DNA of 64,000 nucleotides from Candidatus Woesearchaeota archaeon (GTDB lineage Archaea; Nanobdellota; Nanobdellia; SCGC-AAA011-G17; GW2011-AR18). Below, piece by piece: positions 47,681 through 56,981 of this stretch. The stretch lies in NCBI GenBank assembly GCA_964430545.1, contig CAYSFG010000007.1:9072-73071 (forward strand), in the 5' to 3' direction. Below the pieces are notes generated by a model. It did no database searches. It was not told where the DNA came from and worked only from the letters and a program-made list of their open reading frames with translations. How positions within the stretch are numbered: position 1 is the stretch's first letter; the number at the start of each line of letters is the position of its first letter. Both the position numbers and the translations under genes were made by a program.

Positions 47681-48362
47681 CCTATTATCTGTAGGACTTA
47701 CAGGATTAGTGTCATTAGTAGTATATGTAAAATAAAAATTTGATACAGTTTGATTTGCAAAACTATTAGCTTGTACAGAAGTAATATTAGGTGGGCTTAC
47801 ATCTACTACAAAAGCTAATTCTAATGATTCATTAAAATTAGATCCAGCACCATCTGCATAAACCCCGCCACCTGCAGTAATGTTAGATACATTAAAAAAA
47901 TACCTATGATATCCTTCTGCTAATGATCCATTAACAAATATTGTTTCTGTTGGGGAAATTGATGCATTAAATGCAATATATGTTGTATTGGAAAAACCAG
48001 TTCCATCTATAGAAAGGTTTACATTATAAGAATGATTAGTTCCATTTATTACTATATCAAAAGATGGTCTTCTTAGTGATGTGTTTGTTAGATTATTTAC
48101 ATAACTTGAAATAAGAGAATCCTGAGTCTCGTCACTATTTTTTGTTATACTAAAAATATCAAAATATTTTATATATCCTAGAACATTTGTTGTTAATAAT
48201 AGACCAAATAAAAGTATAAATAAAAATAATATATTATAATTTTTTCCTTTTGTATCCGTATTACATCACCCTCTTTTTTTTATATAAATTCTTATGAAAA
48301 AACTTGAGTATAACTTTTCATAATCAAACTTATTTATATACTTTTCTTTTTTTTAAATAATT

Positions 48363-48674
48363 TTATTTTTTAGTTTTTTTTCCAATATCACCAGGGCCAA
48401 AATAGTCCCAGCAAATATAATCTCTTCCTGTTCTTGATTTTTTAAATAATTTTACTTTACTTCCTTGTAAATTAAAATATGCAAATGTTCCTTTGCTACA
48501 TTTTAAAAAATAATCTCCTTCTTTCCAATTCGTAGATAAACTTTTTATATAATCCATAAAATCTTTTTGTGATTTTACAACTCTTTTTTCAAGTTTTAGT
48601 GTCGGTTTAAACTGATATACTATAGAATAATTAGGTCTGACTTGCATAACTGTCATTTTATCATCTAGAACCAT
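48363..48674 (-). CDS. Hypothetical protein
   Basis: 103-aa ORF; no motif. Confidence 0.4.
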   Translation of the reverse strand: MVLDDKMTVMQVRPNYSIVYQFKPTLKLEKRVVKSQKDFMDYIKSLSTNWKEGDYFLKCSKGTFAYFNLQGSKVKLFKKSRTGRDYICWDYFGPGDIGKKTKK

Positions 48675-49099
48675 TTAATATATGGAAAAACAAAGAAATT
48701 TATATAGCTTTCTATTTTCTAACTTTGCATTAATAATTCTATTGAAGTAGTTTTATTCTTTAATCAGATAGAATTATTTTTGTTATTAATTATTTTAAAG
48801 TTTTAATAAAAACTTTTAATATTGCTAATTTAGTAACAATATTTAAGTTATAATAAAATATCATTTAATGAACTATCCAATCAAAGCAAGCCAAGGGTAT
48901 CACTACGTTAAAAAATATATTTGTATCAATGCAAGCATTAGAGTATTAAACTCAGAATGGAATAAAATTATTTTTTCTATAATTTATAATAAACTACATA
49001 AGTTTTTAGATGTACAAGTGATTTACTGTTAGTCAAAAACAAATAAATAAAGAATCTAGAGATTCTATTAGTTGACTATAATTAAAATATTTAAAAATT

Positions 49100-49717
49100 T
49101 CATTCAGGACTAAATTCTTCTATTTTAGTTTTAAAATCTTCATATTTAGTAATTATTCCTCTTCCCTTTAAATATCCTCTTGTTAATAACCAAAATATTA
49201 GTCCTAAACTTTTTTTACCTTTATTATTACATGGAACAACTAAATCTATATTTGCAACTTCATTATTAGTATCACATAATGCAATTACTGGTATTCCTAT
49301 TTTCGTTGAATCTTCTACCAAATTCTTGTCTGGAAAAGGATCTGTTACTAATATTAGTTTTGCTTCTATAAAATTATCTAATTTAGAATTTGTTAATATT
49401 CCTGGCGGATATCTTCCAGTAAATACCCTTATTCCTGTAAGTTTTGAGAATAATTGTGCAGCTTGCCAGCCATTCTCTCTTCTACATACCATTAATATAT
49501 CTTCTGGATTATATTGTCCTAGTAAATTTGCAGCTAAAGCTAATCTTTCATCTACTTTTTGTATATTTAATACACTTAATCCATCTGCTCTTATTTTATA
49601 GATAAACTGTGACATTGCTTTTGTTCTGAATTTTGTTCCTATGTGTAATCCTACTTTTAAGTATTCATCTACAGGTACTAAATATTGTAAATTATCTTGT
49701 TGTGTTGATTCTTCCAT
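49100..49717 (-). CDS. rps2: 30S ribosomal protein uS2
   Basis: 'LVPVDEYLKVGLHIGTKFRTKAMSQFIYKIRADGLSVLNIQKVDERL' and 'ILVTDPFPDKNLVEDSTKIGIPVIALCDTNN' are S2/Sa family signatures. Confidence 0.9.
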   Translation of the reverse strand: MEESTQQDNLQYLVPVDEYLKVGLHIGTKFRTKAMSQFIYKIRADGLSVLNIQKVDERLALAANLLGQYNPEDILMVCRRENGWQAAQLFSKLTGIRVFTGRYPPGILTNSKLDNFIEAKLILVTDPFPDKNLVEDSTKIGIPVIALCDTNNEVANIDLVVPCNNKGKKSLGLIFWLLTRGYLKGRGIITKYEDFKTKIEEFSPE

Positions 49718-50108
49718 TTTTATTTTCTTTAAGCCTTACTTTTCTAAGAACATTGCTTCTTTATTGCCTCAGCAAAGTTTGGCTTTAAACATTGGATAAA
49801 TAATGTATTTATAAAACTATCTTTTAGATTTTACAAAATAAAGTAGTGTATTATAAATAATAAAAAATTATTTATTAAATATTAGAAAAAATCTTATTTG
49901 ATTTATTTCATTTAGAGATTTTCGGCACAAATCAATGGTTTTATAAAAATATTAGATTTTTATGAGTAAAAATTATTAATTTTGCATTTTCCTTACTTTA
50001 CTGCATCCCTAAGTTATTATACAAAAGTTTAGTCATATTAAAAAATAATCTCCAAAAATGTTTAATTAGATTAAAATTTAAAAATTATAATAAAAAAATA
50101 AAAAGAAG

Positions 50109-50783
50109 TTAAAAGTTTTTCTTCCACTTACTAACTATACTTTCTGCTTCGTTTCTTAGTCCTAATCCTAAACCTATGCCTAGTGATAGTGCTAATCCTA
50201 GCCCTAATGCTCCTAATAATATTAAGAATCCATTTTCTAGTATTCCTACTTCTACACCGATTTGTCTTAGTCCTATTACAACTACTAAGAATAATACAAC
50301 AACTTTTACGATTCCTGCCATTATTAGCATTCCTCTCATTTTAGTATGTTCTCTTATTCTTATGTCTATAAAGTGAGCTAAAGCAACACCTGCAAAGAAT
50401 ACTATTATTGCTATTATTACATTAGGTAACCATTTAACAAAGTCTTGAAGCAACATACTTAAGCTTTTTAAATTTAAAACATCTACAGCAACTTGTAAGA
50501 ATATTATAAATACAAACCATTTAACTATCTCTCCTGATAATGCGGATAAATTTGTATGTCCTACTTCTTTGCTGAATCCTGCTTGTTTAACATAATTTCC
50601 TAAACCAGCTTTTTCTAATAACCATTTAACTCCATGACCTATTAAATAAGCTATAAAATATCCTATCACTAATAATAATAGTGCAACTACTATACTTGGA
50701 AATATTGATACAAAATCCATCCATAATTGATATAATGGTTGTAAAAATAAATCTCTTGTTGCAAATAAAGAATCAACTGCCAT
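50109..50783 (-). CDS. Integral membrane protein (conserved-TM-helix type), hypothetical
   Basis: Five to six TM helices; C-terminal 'LGALGLGLALSLGIGLGLGLRNEAE' GL-repeat. Confidence 0.5.
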   Translation of the reverse strand: MAVDSLFATRDLFLQPLYQLWMDFVSIFPSIVVALLLLVIGYFIAYLIGHGVKWLLEKAGLGNYVKQAGFSKEVGHTNLSALSGEIVKWFVFIIFLQVAVDVLNLKSLSMLLQDFVKWLPNVIIAIIVFFAGVALAHFIDIRIREHTKMRGMLIMAGIVKVVVLFLVVVIGLRQIGVEVGILENGFLILLGALGLGLALSLGIGLGLGLRNEAESIVSKWKKNF

Positions 50784-51099
50784 ATCATCACCCCTCCATT
50801 TTTTTTAAATAATATATATTTATTGTTAGCTTATGGTTTATATATTTATCGAAATATATCTTAAAATAGATAGAACTTATAACTATAATTAGGGTTTTAT
50901 TTAAAAAAATATGTTACAACTAAATTATTAGAAACAAAAATCCAAAAAACACATTAAAAAATAAAAAAGATTATATAGTCAACCAACAAAGTAATTGAGT
51001 ATTTTATTTATTTGTTGTTGACTAACAGCCAACCACTATATTTTATGTGATTTGTTATATCTTAATTTTAATAAATAATAATAAAATCCTAAAAGTAAA

Positions 51100-52116
51100 T
51101 TATTCCTGTTTAATACTATTCAAATAATCTCTTATTTTTTCAGCAGTTTCACTAAACATTTGAATATTTTCTTGATTTCCAAGATCATCGACTTTTACCA
51201 AATTAATATTTAATCCAACTAATAAATTAACTAATTCTTTTTTACACTCTCCTATTATATTTATCTTATTATCTTTAAAATAATCAACATTTGATTTAAA
51301 ATCTGTTAAATCTAAAAATCTTAATATAATAGAATTACATAATGATTCATTAACAGCTTTTGTATATTCATTTATTTTAGAATTTAATGTTATCAAACAC
51401 TTGCTACTGTATCTATTAAATAATTTCTTATATTCTTCAGTATCATTTTCAATAAAAGGGTTCTCAACATATAAAAGTTGATATAATCCTATTAAATTAT
51501 TAACATACTTATATTGTTCTTCTTTTCCAAAGTTTTTCCCATGGTAGACATAATACTCTCCTTCAAAGTTATCAAATCTTATTCCAATTCTTATATCAAA
51601 ATTTACATCTTTAAAGATTTCATCTACAGATTCTTTTAAGTTATCAAGTACATCTTCTTCTTTTAATTCTTCATCACTTGATCTTTTTATTCCGGAAAGT
51701 TTTTTAATTAATATATTTTGGACTTCTATTCCAGAGTTTATCACAGCCTCAAAATTATTAGCATCTAAAGATAGTATAAAAAATTCTCTTATGCCTTTAT
51801 TTTTTTTAAATATACTTATTATTGGTCTTGGTATTTGTTTAGCATTTTTATCTATTATTGCCCACGGATATTTTGCTGAGTTTAATATAGTTAAACTAAC
51901 AACAGATAATAATTCATTATCTATATTTTTTATAGATTCATCTATTTTTTGTAAGTCATTTAAACTATTTACTTCTAAACCTTTGAATTGGCCTAATTGT
52001 TTTATTGTATTTTTATTTTTAAATTTTATTCTTCCTTTTCCTTCATCTGATATAACAGTTAATTCATCCTTTTTAAAAATAAATCCTCTTTCATATTTTA
52101 TTGTTTTAATTTTCAT
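51100..52116 (-). CDS. Enolase-like protein, degenerate (catalytic signature lost; probable pseudoenzyme)
   Basis: It occupies the conserved archaeal rpoK-eno-rps2 position. Residual similarity to enolase blocks: 'KCLITLNSKINEYTKAVNESL' vs ..CNALLLKVNQIGSVTESL..; 'IIGECKKELVNLLVGLN' vs ..SHRSGETEDTFIADLVVGL.. The SGETED motif is replaced by IGECKK, and the product is 338 aa against ~420 for enolase. Confidence 0.6.
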   Translation of the reverse strand: MKIKTIKYERGFIFKKDELTVISDEGKGRIKFKNKNTIKQLGQFKGLEVNSLNDLQKIDESIKNIDNELLSVVSLTILNSAKYPWAIIDKNAKQIPRPIISIFKKNKGIREFFILSLDANNFEAVINSGIEVQNILIKKLSGIKRSSDEELKEEDVLDNLKESVDEIFKDVNFDIRIGIRFDNFEGEYYVYHGKNFGKEEQYKYVNNLIGLYQLLYVENPFIENDTEEYKKLFNRYSSKCLITLNSKINEYTKAVNESLCNSIILRFLDLTDFKSNVDYFKDNKINIIGECKKELVNLLVGLNINLVKVDDLGNQENIQMFSETAEKIRDYLNSIKQE

Positions 52117-52158
52117 AGAATAAAAAAAATAAGAACCTATAAAAAGATTACTAAATAT

Positions 52159-52362
52159 TTATTCTGTCTTTTTTGGCATTGGTCTTTTTATTGTTATAGG
52201 CAATATATTTTTAGCTAATTCCATTTTAGCTATTTCTATTGGGTTATAATTTATTTTTTCTAAGTCTTCTTCTTTCAAATTTAATAAAAGTGGCGCCCCC
52301 ATTGCTAATTGTAATGCTCTTGCACCTATCAATCTTGCTCTTTCATATTTTGTTAAAATCAT
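52159..52362 (-). CDS. rpoK: DNA-directed RNA polymerase subunit K (Rpo6/RpoK)
   Basis: 'LTKYERARLIGARALQLAMGAPLL' is the Rpo6/RPB6/omega signature; 67 aa; overlaps rrp42 by 4 nt. Confidence 0.85.
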   Translation of the reverse strand: MILTKYERARLIGARALQLAMGAPLLLNLKEEDLEKINYNPIEIAKMELAKNILPITIKRPMPKKTE

Positions 52363-53135
52363 TTTTCAAGTACCTTCCTTAGTTCTTTTGTTTTTTTAAG
52401 TGCTATTTCAATCATTTTGTCTATTTCTTCAGGACTTAATCCAAAGTCTCCACCTTTTTGTAATGCGCATAATTCTCCATCTTCTAATATTCCTATAGTT
52501 AATCTTGCGTCTATAAATTTTTCTTCTTCTAATAATGGGTCCACTAAAATTGTATTCCCCACTTTTACTAAAGTACAACTCATTGGCCAGGTTTTTATAG
52601 GAAGTTTTTTATCAGTTCTTTCTTTATAATTGATTTTATCATCTTCTACTTTAGGAAATCTTGCATCTTTTATTGCACTTAATGCTGCTAATGCTGCTGC
52701 ATCAAATAAATTTCCTGCATCATTTATTGGGTAAATATCTATTATAACGATCCACATTTTCTCTTTTTCTCTTATACACAATTTTTTAAAATCTAAACAA
52801 TGTCCCTCTCTTATAACCCTATCAACAACTCTAGATATTTCTATTGCATCTATTCCTGGTGGTCCAGATTCAAATTCAGGATTGCTCATAGGTAATAATT
52901 CTACATTTACCATTAATGTTCCTTCATTAGGTGTATCTGAGTATGGTTGTCCTAATTCTAATTTTACTCCTGCGATTACTTCAGTTTTTCCTATTTTTAC
53001 TCTTGCGCTTCCTTCAGCACTTTTCGCAGAAATTCCATATTCAATTTCTATTTTTCTATATTCATCAAATTTTCTTAAATCTAATCTTGCTTCTTTTTTA
53101 TATAATTCTAAAATATGTTCTCTTAGTACATCCAT
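52359..53135 (-). CDS. rrp42: Exosome complex component Rrp42 (RNase PH-like, non-catalytic)
   Basis: RNase PH fold ('LDLRKFDEYRKIEIEYGISAKSAEGSARVKIGKTEVIAGVK') at the conserved position next to Rrp41. Confidence 0.85.
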   Translation of the reverse strand: MDVLREHILELYKKEARLDLRKFDEYRKIEIEYGISAKSAEGSARVKIGKTEVIAGVKLELGQPYSDTPNEGTLMVNVELLPMSNPEFESGPPGIDAIEISRVVDRVIREGHCLDFKKLCIREKEKMWIVIIDIYPINDAGNLFDAAALAALSAIKDARFPKVEDDKINYKERTDKKLPIKTWPMSCTLVKVGNTILVDPLLEEEKFIDARLTIGILEDGELCALQKGGDFGLSPEEIDKMIEIALKKTKELRKVLEK

Positions 53136-53137
53136 TT

Positions 53138-53845
53138 TTATTTCCTTCCTACTTCAAATTTTTCTTTTAGTGCTTTAATTTGTACTTCTCTTATTTTTTC
53201 ATTACCTTTTTTAGCAAGTTCTAAGGCTTTTTTAAGTTCTTCTTTTGTTACTGGTCCATCCATTTGTAATAATGTTACTTCCCCTGTGCTTGTTATCATT
53301 GCTGTTGCTATATCAGTTGCATGTCCTTCATAATCTTCTTCTTCTTTACTTAAGTCTAATACTATTTTTCCACCCACTCTTCCTACTGCTACAGAACTTA
53401 CCAATCCTTTCATTGGAATACCAGCATCTGCTAATGCCATTGCTGCTGCAGTTATTCCTGCACATCTTGTTCCTGCATCTGTTTGTATTAATTCTATATA
53501 AACATCAATTACTGTACTTGAAAATTGGCTTAAGTCTAATGCTGAAAATAATGCTTTTTCTGTTACCATTGAAATTTCTTTGCTTCTTCTACTTGGCCCT
53601 GGCTTTACTCTATCTCCAGATCCTGAAAATGCCATCATATTATAATTACATCTTAATACTCCTCTTGTCGGATTCTGTAAAAATCCAGGATATAATTCTT
53701 TTGGACCATAAACTGCGGCTATTGCTATTGTTTTACCTATTTTAAACATTGCACTCCCTGATGCATTTTCTACTATGCCTACTTTTGCTTCTACAGGTCT
53801 TAATTCATCAAATTTTCTTCCATCTAATCTCTTCTCATATGCCAT
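53138..53845 (-). CDS. rrp41: Exosome complex exonuclease Rrp41 (RNase PH-like)
   Basis: 'RLDGRKFDELRPVEAKVGIVENASGSAMFKIGKTIAIAAVYGPKE' and 'IDVYIELIQTDAGTRCAGITAAAMALADAGIPM' are RNase PH signatures. Confidence 0.9.
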   Translation of the reverse strand: MAYEKRLDGRKFDELRPVEAKVGIVENASGSAMFKIGKTIAIAAVYGPKELYPGFLQNPTRGVLRCNYNMMAFSGSGDRVKPGPSRRSKEISMVTEKALFSALDLSQFSSTVIDVYIELIQTDAGTRCAGITAAAMALADAGIPMKGLVSSVAVGRVGGKIVLDLSKEEEDYEGHATDIATAMITSTGEVTLLQMDGPVTKEELKKALELAKKGNEKIREVQIKALKEKFEVGRK

Positions 53846-54527
53846 TTTTATTTTCCTCTAAGAAAGATTTTATTCTATCTGTTAATCCTTGTGTATGACT
53901 TTCTTTTTCTATTTTTCTTATTGCTTCTACTGCTAATAATTCTTGTTTAGGATCATCTCCGCTTAACCATACTATTCCATTTTGACCTACAGATATTCTT
54001 GTTCCTGTCGATTCTTTTATCATTGTAATCATACTACCTTGTTTTCCTATTATTCTTGGAACTTTAATTGATTGAACTTTTATCATTCTTCCTGGTCCTA
54101 ACTTTTTAAGTCCTGGCCCTTTTGTTGTTATATCTATAGCTCTCGTACTTGTTACATTGACTATCTGAACCATTAAATAATCCCCATAATCAAAATATCT
54201 TGATAAATCTGCATTTCTTTCAACAAAGTCTGTTGTTGCATCTTTTGCAGATAAGTTTGCTTCAAATGCCCAGCCCATATCCACTCTCCATCCACTAAAC
54301 CCTATATTCACTACTTTTCCTATTACAATATCTCCTTTAGTTGGTACATAAGAACCTGCTAATGGTAATATCTTAACTTGTCTTCCACTTATACTTACTA
54401 ATCCTAATTTCATAGAAATTAATCTATCTTTATCTCTAAATACATCTTCTCCTGGTATATAATCCATTCCTTCTGCTAATGTGTCACCGGGCACTACTAT
54501 ATCCCTTTCATTTACTAATAATCCCAT
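53835..54527 (-). CDS. rrp4: Exosome complex RNA-binding protein Rrp4 (S1 + KH domains)
   Basis: N-terminal 'VVPGDTLAEG', S1-like 'GDIVIGKVVNIGFSGWRVDMG' and KH-like 'IIGKQGSMITMIKESTGTRISVGQNG'. Confidence 0.85.
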   Translation of the reverse strand: MGLLVNERDIVVPGDTLAEGMDYIPGEDVFRDKDRLISMKLGLVSISGRQVKILPLAGSYVPTKGDIVIGKVVNIGFSGWRVDMGWAFEANLSAKDATTDFVERNADLSRYFDYGDYLMVQIVNVTSTRAIDITTKGPGLKKLGPGRMIKVQSIKVPRIIGKQGSMITMIKESTGTRISVGQNGIVWLSGDDPKQELLAVEAIRKIEKESHTQGLTDRIKSFLEENKNGI

Positions 54528-54529
54528 TT

Positions 54530-55231
54530 TTATCTACTCCTTAATATTTTGATATCAACATTGCCTTTTGTTGCATTATTTAAAGCTATCTCAAAATCTT
54601 CTTGCATTGAAGCAGGTATTTCAACAGTCGCACTAAGACTTCCATCATTTTCCCATTTTTCATTTAGTATTTTGCTTAATTGTTTTAATGTCCCATAACA
54701 TTTTGGTGCATATTGAACTTGTATTTTAACGCTTAATTCTCTAATTTCATATTTTATTGGTATTATACTTTTTATTTTATTTATTATATCTGATAATTGT
54801 TGTTCAGCTGTTTTATTTTCATCAATTCTAACTTTTGCTTCTGTTATTGCAGAATCTATTCTATTAGGCGGATGTGGCTTTCCTGTTTTAGGATCTATTA
54901 CTGCCCTTTGTATTAATGTAACTATAAATTTTCTTTTTTGTTCTAATTCTTTTCTTAGTAATTCTGCAGTTATTGGAACATGCCCTTCTTTTATTATTAT
55001 TTTTGCAATCTCTAATTTATCATCAATTCCAAATAATTTTTTTAATTCATGTTCTGATGCTTTTGTTCCTTTTTTTGCATCGTAAAATATTTCTTCTGTT
55101 ACAAGAATATCATTTATAAGAACATTTTTTCCTGATCTAAATGCAAGTGCTTTTTCACAATCAACTAATATTTCAAAGGTCTTTCCATTTTTTTTTATTT
55201 TTGCTATTACAGCGTCATTAATATTTACCAT
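54530..55231 (-). CDS. sdo1: Ribosome maturation protein SDO1/SBDS homolog
   Basis: 'AVIAKIKKNGKTFEILVDCEKALAFRSGK' is the FYSH-domain signature; conserved position between psmA and rrp4. Confidence 0.85.
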   Translation of the reverse strand: MVNINDAVIAKIKKNGKTFEILVDCEKALAFRSGKNVLINDILVTEEIFYDAKKGTKASEHELKKLFGIDDKLEIAKIIIKEGHVPITAELLRKELEQKRKFIVTLIQRAVIDPKTGKPHPPNRIDSAITEAKVRIDENKTAEQQLSDIINKIKSIIPIKYEIRELSVKIQVQYAPKCYGTLKQLSKILNEKWENDGSLSATVEIPASMQEDFEIALNNATKGNVDIKILRSR

Positions 55232-55232
55232 C

Positions 55233-55958
55233 TTATGTTTTCTTAGCTAGTTTTCTTAGTATTTCTTTATCTATCTTTTGATATTTTCTATCTGCAGTTT
55301 TTACAAATGCTCCATCTAATCTATCTAATTCAAAGTCTTTCTCAAATGCTCTTTTAAAAGCACTGACAGCTAATTTTATTCCTTGTTCTATAGTCATATT
55401 TTCATCATATTCTTTTTCTAATATTTCTTTTAATTGTGTTTCTGCTTCTCCAACAGCTGTTGCTTTATATTGAAAATATATTCCTGTAACATCTGTTAAG
55501 TATAATTGTGGGCCTTCATCATCTACTCCAGCAAATAATAAACTTACTCCAAATGGTCTTGCCCCTCCAAATTGTGAATAAGCTTGTTTTAAATTTGATA
55601 TATCTTTTACTAATGAGATCATATCTATTGGTGAATCATATGTTACTTTATATTGTTGCGCTATTACTTGTGCTCTTTCTATTAATACTCTTCCATCCAT
55701 TAAAAATCCTGTAGAACTTGCACCTATATGTTCATCTACTTGACTTATTTTTTCTATACTATCACCTATCATTAATTTTTCTAGTATTCTCTTATCTGCT
55801 AATAATAAAACCCCATCTTTACATACTATTCCTAAAGAAGTTGTTCCTTGTCTTACTGCTTTTTTAGCATATTCTACTTGTAATAATCTTCCATCTGGGC
55901 TAAACATAGTACTACTTCTATCATATCCCATCATCTGATGATTTAGTGTTGGTTGCAT
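55233..55958 (-). CDS. psmA: Proteasome subunit alpha
   Basis: 'YDRSSTMFSPDGRLLQVEYAKKAVRQGTTSLGI' is the alpha-subunit N-terminal signature. Confidence 0.9.
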   Translation of the reverse strand: MQPTLNHQMMGYDRSSTMFSPDGRLLQVEYAKKAVRQGTTSLGIVCKDGVLLLADKRILEKLMIGDSIEKISQVDEHIGASSTGFLMDGRVLIERAQVIAQQYKVTYDSPIDMISLVKDISNLKQAYSQFGGARPFGVSLLFAGVDDEGPQLYLTDVTGIYFQYKATAVGEAETQLKEILEKEYDENMTIEQGIKLAVSAFKRAFEKDFELDRLDGAFVKTADRKYQKIDKEILRKLAKKT

Positions 55959-56311
55959 TATAATCCTCCCCCGATAAGTGTCAATCCTCTAACTTTTTTT
56001 AATGTCCCGCTGACTCTTAAACTTCTTACTAAAATATCTTCTTTATTAATCTTTCTTATTATACAAAAACTTGCTTTTATCTCATCTACATATTTATTAT
56101 TTATTCTTAATATACCTTTATTATTATAAACTTCTACAAAATTTATTCCTGCTTTGCTTAATCCTATTTCTCCGAATAAATTTTTGAAGTTATTGATTAT
56201 ATAATCTTTAATTTTTGTAGGATTTATAAAACCATCACAAATTGCTTCAAAAGCCACATATCTTTTCTTTTCTCTTAAGCTTGATAATAATCTTTTTTGT
56301 TCTTTTTTCAT
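55958..56311 (-). CDS. pop5: RNase P protein component Pop5 (Rpp14)
   Basis: 'REKKRYVAFEAI' N-terminal motif, 117 aa, conserved position upstream of psmA. Confidence 0.7.
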   Translation of the reverse strand: MKKEQKRLLSSLREKKRYVAFEAICDGFINPTKIKDYIINNFKNLFGEIGLSKAGINFVEVYNNKGILRINNKYVDEIKASFCIIRKINKEDILVRSLRVSGTLKKVRGLTLIGGGL

Positions 56312-56439
56312 AATTTTTTTATGAGAATCTAATTTATTTTTCCTTTCTCATCCATATTTAGTGTATATTTCAGAATTTATAAAGCTTTTGTCAAGTATAT
56401 TTATTGCCTTTTATGTTATATAAAATACTTATCTGATTT

Positions 56440-56931
56440 TTATAATTTTAAATTAAACGCCTCTTTTATTTGTTTTCCGTCCATACCTAATGTTTTTAAT
56501 AAACTTTCTATATCTATTCTTGATTTAATGTCATATTTATTTTCTGCAAAACTAAAGACTAAAATTTTAACTTTGTATTTTCTGCATAATCTTATATTTT
56601 GCATTACTCTTCCAATTTCAATATAATTGTTTAATGCATTTAATGTAATTCCTAAGGAAATTTCATTTTTATTCATAATTTTACACAATACTTGGTCTAA
56701 TCCAGAACTTCTATAATGTAAGTTATCTTTTATATTTATTAAATGGGGGTTTAGTAAAATTTTTATTTTATTTTCTTCTATTAACTTTCTTTTTTTTTCA
56801 TAATCTAATTCAATTTCAATACCTAATTTTTTAATATCTTCTTTGAAAAATATTTTATTAAAATTTAATGTTTTAGAAAATAGTTCAATATCCTTACTAT
56901 ATTCCATATTAACTAAATCACAATATATCAT
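56440..56931 (-). CDS. rpp30: Probable RNase P protein component Rpp30 (short form)
   Basis: Assigned mainly by the conserved superoperon position (rpp30-pop5-psmA) and predicted alternating beta/alpha pattern. 163 aa is shorter than the typical ~210-240. Confidence 0.45.
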   Translation of the reverse strand: MIYCDLVNMEYSKDIELFSKTLNFNKIFFKEDIKKLGIEIELDYEKKRKLIEENKIKILLNPHLINIKDNLHYRSSGLDQVLCKIMNKNEISLGITLNALNNYIEIGRVMQNIRLCRKYKVKILVFSFAENKYDIKSRIDIESLLKTLGMDGKQIKEAFNLKL

Positions 56932-56981
56932 GTTTATTTTTATAATCCATAAGATTTTAATACTTTCTCTTTACCAAATAT

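Noticed and set aside
48990-49070. Perfect 14-nt palindrome GAATCTAGAGATTC and flanking AGTCAA/TTGACT repeat downstream of rps2, plus a similar imperfect inverted repeat at 50985-51040 downstream of the enolase-like gene
   Set aside because: They are most simply read as intrinsic terminator-like hairpins at operon ends. They are noted but not considered a distinct element.
52417-53745. Plus-strand ORFs 52417..52629, 52882..53178, 52931..53170 and 53245..53745
   Set aside because: All lie antisense to rrp42/rrp41, are Leu/Phe-rich low-complexity, and have no SD. They are artefacts of AT-rich antisense strands.
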